Source: Candidatus Limivicinus sp.
Lineage (GTDB): Bacteria; Bacillota; Clostridia; Oscillospirales; Oscillospiraceae
Direction of reading: 5' to 3'
Assembly: GCA_045117135.1 (NCBI GenBank)
Contig: JBGUNA010000086.1
Span: 2,638-66,637, forward strand
DNA length: 64,000 nt
This document shows, one piece after another, positions 28,950-35,597 of the stretch. The notes under the pieces are model-generated. The model was not told the origin of the DNA and ran no database searches. It saw only the letters and a program-made list of their open reading frames with translations. The position numbers and the translations under genes were made by a program. How positions within the stretch are numbered: position 1 is the stretch's first letter; every line of letters begins with the position of its first letter.

Positions 28950-30788
28950 ATGAAAAAACTAATAGCATTCCTTTTATATATAATGTTGTTGGCTGGGATG
29001 ACAATTAGCTTTGCTGATGGTGAGAGTTGGATTTGCACTGAATGCGGGAAGGAAAGCGACGGAAACTTCTGCCCATATTGTGGAGCTAAGAAACCGGAAA
29101 CAGAAATAACATGTACTTCCTGCGGGGAAGTATATGCCCTGGATCTGGGTTATGCTTTCTGCCCGAACTGCGGAGCTACCTTGAAGGAACACGAGGAGTC
29201 TGCTCCCGAGGGGGAAAAATATTCCTTTTCAGTTGGTTACTGCATCTGGAACCTGAAAAAAGACCGCTTGTTGGAATATGTGGATGAGGATGACATGACG
29301 GCAGAAACACTTCCGGATGGGGATGTTTACGGGCCGGTGCTGACAGTCACCAATCTCTCTGGGGAAACAGTCAGGCCGGAAATCACAGCCACAATTAATG
29401 GAGAAGAGATTACCTGGGATCGAACAGAGTTCGGCCCATCAGAGGAATGGTCATTTGTTATAACAGAGAATTCTCCGGCGGGGGAATATGATTACACGTT
29501 TTTCGTGGATGGGAAAGAAGCGGCTTCGGGGCATTATACTGTGAAGAGCGAAGGCCCGCTCGGTGAAGATGCACCGACGATTGAATCCATTATTATGATG
29601 GGCAGTAAAGTTATCGTTACGTGGAAGGAAGTTCCCGGAGCGGAAAATTATACGGTTTATCGGTCTGAGGATAATGAAATTTACAGCAAGATCGGCCTTA
29701 CCATCCCACGGACATCATATACCTGCAAAACCTGCGAAGAAGGGAAAACCTATTTCTTCAAAGTGAGCGCAAACGGTTACGATGGTAAAGAAGGGCCCGT
29801 GAGCAAGGCAAAAAGCATTGACATTCCGGTTGATGTGTTCTCCCAGGGGAAAACAGAGGAGCCAAAACCGACTGTAAAACCTACACCGGAGCCGACTGAG
29901 GCTCCTACACCAGAACCGACGCCCGAACCTACCCCTGAACCAACTCAAATGCCTGAAGATGTCCTGAAAGCCGGAGAGAACGGAACTATTCAACTGGAAA
30001 TGGGATCAGGAACGGTTTTCACTCTTACCCCGGTTGAAGCAAGTGCATTCTGGAAACAGAGCGATAAGGTCAGCGTACGGACACGAATCGGAGATACAAA
30101 CCTGAACAACGGAGCCACTGCGACATCCGGAAGCAGCCTTATGCTGAGCACTATGAAGAATACAAAACAGTATTCAATGCCCATGGCAGCTTTTTCCTGG
30201 AAGAGTGACGTTTCTGGCGATGAAGCTGCGGGAGCAGTCGGAAAAATCGGAAGATCAACTATTCTGTTGCTTGATGGGAAATCTTATACACCACGGGTAG
30301 CCTGGAGTACGGATGAGATGGGTTGCTTCATTTTCGATTGTCCGGAGCTGCCGGAACAAGTTCCGGTTTTCCAGATTCAGGATCAAAAACTTGTTATTTC
30401 ATATGAGTTACCTGAATTGCTGGCGAAGGAAGAACCTCCTGTGAATAATGAACCGATCACGCTTCATGTCAAGACGGCCAAATATACCTTTGATGCGACA
30501 GTTGTCGATGTTACAATTGAAGACGGTCAGCTGCATGTGAGCCTGGAAATCAAGAATAACGATAAATGGGCGTTTGAGTATAATCCTCCTTTGTGCTATG
30601 CATTGATAAGCGGGAAAAAGTACGAGGTGGATACATATAATGCAACGCAGCACATTGACACAAAAGGAATCACGCTTAGTTCGCTGACCTATAATATCCC
30701 TTATAAATCAGATACGCTTCCGGACCAGGTTCTGATGGATGTATCCGGAAATGGTGACTATCAGGTGATTTGGAATAACGCAAAGTGA
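28950..30788 (+). CDS. Secreted modular protein P6: signal peptide + zinc ribbons A and B + Ig/Fn3-like domains + Pro/Thr linker + C-terminal domain
   Basis: ATG at 28950 (the track ORF starts at 28878). Signal peptide: MKKLIAFLLYIMLLAGMTISFA. Ribbon A (29028-29096): DGES WICTECGKESDGNFCPYCGAKKP. Ribbon B (29112-29183): CTSCGEVYALDLGYAFCPNCGATL. Fn3-like segment: VTWKEVPGAENYTVYRSEDN. Linker: KPTVKPTPEPTEAPTPEPTPEPTPEPTQ. Confidence 0.75.
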   Translation: MKKLIAFLLYIMLLAGMTISFADGESWICTECGKESDGNFCPYCGAKKPETEITCTSCGEVYALDLGYAFCPNCGATLKEHEESAPEGEKYSFSVGYCIWNLKKDRLLEYVDEDDMTAETLPDGDVYGPVLTVTNLSGETVRPEITATINGEEITWDRTEFGPSEEWSFVITENSPAGEYDYTFFVDGKEAASGHYTVKSEGPLGEDAPTIESIIMMGSKVIVTWKEVPGAENYTVYRSEDNEIYSKIGLTIPRTSYTCKTCEEGKTYFFKVSANGYDGKEGPVSKAKSIDIPVDVFSQGKTEEPKPTVKPTPEPTEAPTPEPTPEPTPEPTQMPEDVLKAGENGTIQLEMGSGTVFTLTPVEASAFWKQSDKVSVRTRIGDTNLNNGATATSGSSLMLSTMKNTKQYSMPMAAFSWKSDVSGDEAAGAVGKIGRSTILLLDGKSYTPRVAWSTDEMGCFIFDCPELPEQVPVFQIQDQKLVISYELPELLAKEEPPVNNEPITLHVKTAKYTFDATVVDVTIEDGQLHVSLEIKNNDKWAFEYNPPLCYALISGKKYEVDTYNATQHIDTKGITLSSLTYNIPYKSDTLPDQVLMDVSGNGDYQVIWNNAK

Positions 30789-30870
30789 CTTGAGATGTCA
30801 ATAAAGCTGATAAATACAGCATTCATAGATTATGGTAAACTAAATTTAGTTAATAAAATTATAATCAACC

Positions 30871-30906
30871 AAAAAAGAACTGCGCCACAGGTTTCCTGTG
30901 GCGCAG
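30871..30906 (-). terminator. Intrinsic terminator of the LysM gene
   Basis: Perfect 12-bp stem CTGCGCCACAGG (30880-30891) / CCTGTGGCGCAG (30895-30906). On the minus strand it is followed by TTCTTTTTT. It lies 16 nt downstream of the stop at 30922. Confidence 0.75.
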
Positions 30907-30921
30907 ACGATTGATTGTGAA

Positions 30922-32220
30922 TCAGCTTTTTGCAAAAGAGCAGTCGTTGGCGATTTCTTCTTGGTTGTCGTGCCAGATTGCAATTTTGTTTGCGATGTAA
31001 AGATAACCGGAACCATTTTCGTAATAGGTGGTACGCGTTTCTGTTCCATCGGCATTGAAATGGATAGAAGTCTTGGTGCAGTCTTCGTATGTGAGAATTC
31101 CGGCCTGGGTGAAAGTGCCGCTGAAGTTCCATTCATCCGTTTCTTCGGCACCGTTCGGCCAATGCACAGTGACTTTTTTCAATTCATCGGTTCCTTTTAT
31201 CTCGATGACAGCTTTTCCGGCAGTTCTCTCAACATAGATACCTGCATAAGTGTCAGGCTCTTCAGCAACCTGCTGCTGCGGAGCGGAAGTAGCAACCGGG
31301 GCTGCTACCTTTACGGGAGCAGAGACTTTGCTGAGGAGGTAGATGCGCCCGCCTTTTGGAATCGAATCGAGCTTCAGATCAGGGTTGATACTTGCCAGCA
31401 GATTCTCAACGGTTGCAAAATTGATCCCGTATGCTTTGCAAAGCTTACCTGCCGTATCTCCGGTAGTGATATCGTGGGAATAGACCGCGTAGACAGCATT
31501 ATCAGCTTTGGCAGAAGGGAAGAGGTAAGCTTTTCCGGTGGAAAGAGACTTGAGATTTACGACATCATTGAGAGATTTTACAAGTGCATCAATTTCAAAG
31601 GAGTATGGGGCTCCCAGGGCTTCACAGACTGTCTCAACGGTTTCGCCGGGCTCTAATTTATGCTCGACTATGAAGTATTCCAGCCTATCGCCTTCAATTG
31701 GGGGCTCAACAGTTGTGCTAATCTGCAGGAGAGGGGCATCAAGAGGGATATAAATGATCTGACGGGCTTCTATGCTGTTAAGCTCATCATCACTTTCCCA
31801 TCCGTTTAATCTTTTAATGGTTTCTTTGTAGTAATTGTAGTTCAGATGCTGTGCTTTGCAGATTTTAAACATTGTGTCGCCCTTTTTAACTTTATACTCT
31901 ATAGCATTCGCAGGGCAATTCTGGTCATGAAGGGAAACAATGGCTAGTGCATCTTCATCAGATTTGGGAAGATAAATTGTCTGCCCGATTGCCAGGGTTT
32001 CAAGAGAAATCTCTCTCGAAAAACCGTTTAGAATAAGAATTGCCGTTTTGTCAGCACTGTAATCCAAACCGAGTTTTTTACATAGGGAAACAACGGAATC
32101 GCCTTTTTTTGCAGTAACCTGCTGGGCGTATGCGGAATAGTCCGTTTCGGCAAAAGCCTGAACAGAAATGCAAGTCAAAGCGATGCAGATCAATAAAACA
32201 ATGCTTATTACTCTTCTCAT
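30922..32220 (-). CDS. Secreted protein with four LysM repeats + C-terminal beta domain
   Basis: Signal peptide: MRRVISIVLLICIALTCISVQAFA. There are four LysM-like units (VTAKKGDSVVSLCKKLG.., YKVKKGDTMFKICKAQH.., HKLEPGETVETVCEALG.., HDITTGDTAGKLCKAYG..). Confidence 0.85.
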   Translation of the reverse strand: MRRVISIVLLICIALTCISVQAFAETDYSAYAQQVTAKKGDSVVSLCKKLGLDYSADKTAILILNGFSREISLETLAIGQTIYLPKSDEDALAIVSLHDQNCPANAIEYKVKKGDTMFKICKAQHLNYNYYKETIKRLNGWESDDELNSIEARQIIYIPLDAPLLQISTTVEPPIEGDRLEYFIVEHKLEPGETVETVCEALGAPYSFEIDALVKSLNDVVNLKSLSTGKAYLFPSAKADNAVYAVYSHDITTGDTAGKLCKAYGINFATVENLLASINPDLKLDSIPKGGRIYLLSKVSAPVKVAAPVATSAPQQQVAEEPDTYAGIYVERTAGKAVIEIKGTDELKKVTVHWPNGAEETDEWNFSGTFTQAGILTYEDCTKTSIHFNADGTETRTTYYENGSGYLYIANKIAIWHDNQEEIANDCSFAKS

Positions 32221-32258
32221 GATGGCTTCTCCTTTGGTTACAAAAGTTTACATAAAAT

Positions 32259-32287
32259 ATTATACTATAATCCTCGTTATTTGTCAA
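32259..32287 (-). promoter_or_regulatory. Consensus sigma-A promoter for the LysM gene
   Basis: The minus strand reads TTGACA (32287-32282), a 17-nt spacer, then TATAAT (32264-32259). It lies ~40 nt upstream of the ATG at 32220. Confidence 0.6.
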
Positions 32288-32330
32288 CTAAATCCGGCTG
32301 AAACAATTCAGGAAGCAAACACTTTTTTCG

Positions 32331-32359
32331 TTGACGCTGGTTAGGTCTTGTGATACCAT
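32331..32359 (+). promoter_or_regulatory. Candidate extended -10 promoter driving the structured RNA / downstream operon
   Basis: TTGACG (32331-32336), a 17-nt spacer ending in TGa, then TACCAT (32354-32359). The predicted TSS is near 32366. Confidence 0.5.
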
Positions 32360-32431
32360 AAAGTTGTAGCTAGTGACGCTTATTTCTTGTATGGTCGCCT
32401 TACGGCGATTTGATCAGTGTCACAATTCACA

Positions 32432-32570
32432 GGGCGGATAGCTAATCAGGCTTATTTCTGATTTACCAAACCGGAGATGGAGGTTCGATTCCTCCCGGCG
32501 CACAGCGCTGTAGTTCAATGGCAGAATGCCGGTCTTCAAAGTCTGATGATATCATCCGCCTTTTTGTTTT
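32432..32570 (+). ncRNA. Structured ncRNA: a circularly permuted tRNA-like module closed by a long stem and U-tract (Y RNA / YrlA-like design). The 5' end may extend to ~32366.
   Basis: Elements in order: ACCGG 32470-74; AGAT; T arm GGAGG-TTCGATT-CCTCC 32479-95; CGGCGC 32496-501; ACA loop; GCGCTG 32505-10; TA; D arm GTTC-AATGGCA-GAAT 32513-27; G; CCGGT 32529-33. The outer helix GGCGGAT 32433-39 / ATCCGCC 32554-60 is followed by TTTTTGTTTT. No ORF fits this interval. Confidence 0.55.
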
Positions 32571-32598
32571 ATAAGACGGGAAACAGAGAGGATTTAGA

Positions 32599-34674
32599 AT
32601 GAATTCCATGGAATATCCGTACCTTTCTCCAATCTATCAGGACTATCTGTTTGATAAGCATGTTCTGGTCGGGGATGAAAACCATCCGAAGGAACCTTCG
32701 GAAGCCTTCCCAACAGTATTCGCCCTCGCAAGGCTTTTTGGCATCCGAATAACCTCCGGGCAGAAACTTGCCCACAGAGAGCTGATTGAACTTGCATCAC
32801 AAAAGTTAGGCGAAGATGTACCAAAGCCGTTTTACCGCAGATTCCCGGAGAGCGTGAGGGAACTGACGCAATTCCAGCTGATTTTTGACCAGCTGCTGGA
32901 ATACTATGTTTCCTATGGAATGAATGATTTTTCAGGGGAAGGGCATTCAGTTTTTGAGAAAGACTTTGAACGCGCTGCCTTTCAGGAAGATGCGAGAATC
33001 CTTGATTTTAAAATCGTCTCCAAGGAAGAGGCAAAGAAGCTGATAGCAGAATCGGTCGATACTCTGATGCTTTCCACTCGTCCTCTGAGGCAGGATCAGA
33101 TAAATCTGGTGAAGGCTTACATACAGGAGGAAAATATCCCGGAATTTACCCATTGTGCCTGCAAGGATACCGCTATTAAACTACTCCTGGCAACGAAGGA
33201 TCTCTCTTGGCTGCGCTTTCTGCATCTATCGGATGGCATTGCCATAGTGGATGAAATGAATTATGAATGGAATGAAAGCACAGACCTGAAAAAACTGAAT
33301 CTGAAAAACCAGCAGCGTAAATTTATCTCTCAAATTCTGGACTGGTTCTTTGAAAACGGCACTCCCTCCATAAAAGCCTGTTATGAAAAAAAGGCTCTTT
33401 GGTGCAGCATTCTGCATCATACCCATTACCAGCCGAAAAACGAAGCGGCAGCACGATTCGTAAAGGGTATGCGGGGCAAGGAAAACCATTCCGCGTTATC
33501 GGCTTTTGAGAATGAAATGGGAAAGGGAGAAATAGAGAAGGCTGCTGCAGTGCTCTTACAGGAGAAAGGAAGCGGAACACTGCTCCGGAACCTGAACTAT
33601 CTGCTCAGCCGATGCCGAACAAGAGCGGAAGTGGAATCAGTGATATCCCGTATTCATACGGATAATGTTATTCTTCTGCTCCAACTTTATTTTGAATATG
33701 TGCTCTCCGCCCCGGCAGCGCGCAGGACTTTCCGATTTTCAAAGTATTCCATGCTCCATAAGCATACGGAGACGGATGAAGAGATGGCGCGAAGAAGAAC
33801 CGTTCTTCCGCGAATAATCCGGAATAGTGCGAAGGAAACGATTCTGAACACTCTGAAAGATTTGATTAAGGGGCGCCTTGGAACAGTTTACTTTGATCCT
33901 CAGCTCAACAGCCTTGCCATTCCGCTGCAGGAGGGAACATCCCTCGCTGGATTTGGGGCATTGCCGAAGGGATCCCGATTACCGCTGCCGGACGGAAAAA
34001 TCATCCGCGCTTTCACCTACTGGGAGAAAGTGAATGATATTGACCTGAGTGTGATCGGTATAAACAGGAACGGATCCAAAAGAGAGTTTTCCTGGCGTAC
34101 TATGGCATCGTCACAGAGTGATGCCATTCTTTTCTCAGGTGATGTCACACGAGGGTACAATGGTGGTTCGGAGTTTTTTGATATCAATATCGATCAGTTT
34201 TGCACGAAATATCCGGATGTCCGTTATCTGGTTTTCTGCGACAACGTTTTTTCCGGCAGTCCGTTTAAAGCATGTACCTGTACCGCAGGCTATATGCTGA
34301 GGGATCGCGTCGGATCCGGAGAAATCTTTGAGCCCAAAACGGTACAGACCTCTTATCGGGTAGACTGCGACAGTACCTTTGCACTGCTCTTTGCTTTTGA
34401 TTTGGAAACAAGTGAGTTCGTATGGCTGAATGTGGCACTGAAAGGTCAGGCAAGAATTGCAGGCACTGAGGAGATTCAGTTCGTGCTCCGCTATCTCGAA
34501 AGCACAAGGGCAATGTCGCTTCGTTCGCTGATTGAAATGATGGCACAGGAAATGACAGAAGATCCGGCAGAAGCGGATCTGATCATATCTGACAGCGAAT
34601 TGGATATTCCGACTGAAACTCCGGTCATACACAGCTATGATCTAGAGAAAATGATCGCTCTGATCAACAGATAG
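32599..34674 (+). CDS. 691-aa protein: N-terminal ~450-aa all-alpha-looking region of unknown family + C-terminal TerD-like domain
   Basis: RBS GAGAGGA. Residues ~455-620 (nt ~33961-34458) match the TerD pattern: IIRAFTYWEKVNDIDLSVIG..NG..FSW....DAILFSGDVTRGYNGGSEFFDINIDQ...VRYLVFCDNVFSG...FALLFAFDLETSEFVW. I recognise no family for the N-terminal part. Confidence 0.7.
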   Translation: MNSMEYPYLSPIYQDYLFDKHVLVGDENHPKEPSEAFPTVFALARLFGIRITSGQKLAHRELIELASQKLGEDVPKPFYRRFPESVRELTQFQLIFDQLLEYYVSYGMNDFSGEGHSVFEKDFERAAFQEDARILDFKIVSKEEAKKLIAESVDTLMLSTRPLRQDQINLVKAYIQEENIPEFTHCACKDTAIKLLLATKDLSWLRFLHLSDGIAIVDEMNYEWNESTDLKKLNLKNQQRKFISQILDWFFENGTPSIKACYEKKALWCSILHHTHYQPKNEAAARFVKGMRGKENHSALSAFENEMGKGEIEKAAAVLLQEKGSGTLLRNLNYLLSRCRTRAEVESVISRIHTDNVILLLQLYFEYVLSAPAARRTFRFSKYSMLHKHTETDEEMARRRTVLPRIIRNSAKETILNTLKDLIKGRLGTVYFDPQLNSLAIPLQEGTSLAGFGALPKGSRLPLPDGKIIRAFTYWEKVNDIDLSVIGINRNGSKREFSWRTMASSQSDAILFSGDVTRGYNGGSEFFDINIDQFCTKYPDVRYLVFCDNVFSGSPFKACTCTAGYMLRDRVGSGEIFEPKTVQTSYRVDCDSTFALLFAFDLETSEFVWLNVALKGQARIAGTEEIQFVLRYLESTRAMSLRSLIEMMAQEMTEDPAEADLIISDSELDIPTETPVIHSYDLEKMIALINR

Positions 34675-34740
34675 AAGTTACCATTTTTTATGTTTTTGTA
34701 ATAGACCTGTTGCTGGTTTCATAAAGAACAGGAGACTGGG

Positions 34741-35445
34741 ATGACGTATGCAATCAGTGATCTTCATGGAAGAGTTGATCTTTACAGGGAAATACTGGAA
34801 AAGATTTCTTTCTGTGCAGAAGATACTCTATACATTCTCGGAGATATCGGGGACCGGAATGAAGGCGGTATTCAGATTTTCAAGCAAGTTATGGACAAGC
34901 CGAACATCCATATGCTGATGGGAAATCATGAACAGATGATGCTTGATGCAATTCTGCATCCCAATGGGGTCAGCTTAAACGGGGATGAAACCAATGAACA
35001 GCTCTGGTTCCGAAACGGTGGCAGCATAACAAAAAAAGAGTACCTGGCCGAACCGGAAGGACTGCAGTATAAGATTCTGCAGTATATTGAAAGCCTGCCT
35101 CTGAATATCGAACTGAATGTCAACGGAACAGAATATCTCCTCGTACACGGAATGCCGACCTGTATGTTTGAAAAATACGGCAGAGAGTATGAAAATGTTG
35201 CAGAATTCGCTGTTTGGGAACGGATCGAAGGCTGGATGAAGGTTGAATTTCCAGCAGATGTAATGATCTGCGGTCATACTCCGACATGGTATTACCGGGA
35301 TGAAAACCCGATGAGGATTTGCAGTGTAAGAAAAAATGTGTATGACATTGACTGTGGATGCTCCACCGGAGAGGAATTCGGTGGCCGGCTTGCCTGCCTG
35401 AGGCTTGATGATATGAAAGCTTTCTATACAGGCAATACTCTATAG
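34741..35445 (+). CDS. PPP-family (calcineurin-like) metallophosphoesterase, PrpA/PrpE/ApaH/lambda-phosphatase-like
   Basis: 234 aa. Motifs in canonical order: ISDLHG, ILGDIGDRN, MGNHE, LVHG, ICGHTP. Confidence 0.85.
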   Translation: MTYAISDLHGRVDLYREILEKISFCAEDTLYILGDIGDRNEGGIQIFKQVMDKPNIHMLMGNHEQMMLDAILHPNGVSLNGDETNEQLWFRNGGSITKKEYLAEPEGLQYKILQYIESLPLNIELNVNGTEYLLVHGMPTCMFEKYGREYENVAEFAVWERIEGWMKVEFPADVMICGHTPTWYYRDENPMRICSVRKNVYDIDCGCSTGEEFGGRLACLRLDDMKAFYTGNTL

Positions 35446-35558
35446 TTAGAGTGCAAAAATAAGAGAGAGAATTTTCGAATATTTGCTACAGGCTTTTGCA
35501 GGAAATATATCAGCGCTGTCAGGTGGAAAAGAACTATTGAAGTTCCAAAATGATGATG

Positions 35559-35593
35559 GCGCTCTCCCATCCCTGATCGGAGGGCGCTGTTTT
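35559..35593 (+). terminator. Terminator-like hairpin closing the RNA/TerD/phosphoesterase unit (it sits just upstream of the lacZ start)
   Basis: 9-bp stem GCGCTCTCC (35559-35567) / GGAGGGCGC (35579-35587, one G:U) followed by TGTTTT. Confidence 0.55.
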
Positions 35594-35597
35594 ACGC

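Noticed and set aside
32504-32550. Apparent 5' half of a tRNA (AGCGCTG-TA-GTTCAATGGCAGAAT-G-CCGGT-CTTCAAA...) whose loop would present a UCA anticodon, suggesting a UGA-suppressor, Sec or Trp(UCA) tRNA.
   Set aside because: The would-be anticodon stem does not close (CCGGT versus GTCTG). No T arm or 3' acceptor strand follows downstream. All the missing parts lie immediately upstream in permuted order and pair perfectly, so the permuted tRNA-mimic interpretation explains the sequence better.
32221-32598. tmRNA (ssrA), because of the GGAGGTTCGATTCCTCC T arm near the 3' end of a ~350-nt intergenic region.
   Set aside because: There is no GGGG-type 5' acceptor strand complementary to the 3' end, no CCA or discriminator context, no resume codon or tag-peptide reading frame ending in a hydrophobic ..LAA-type tail, and no recognisable pseudoknot series.
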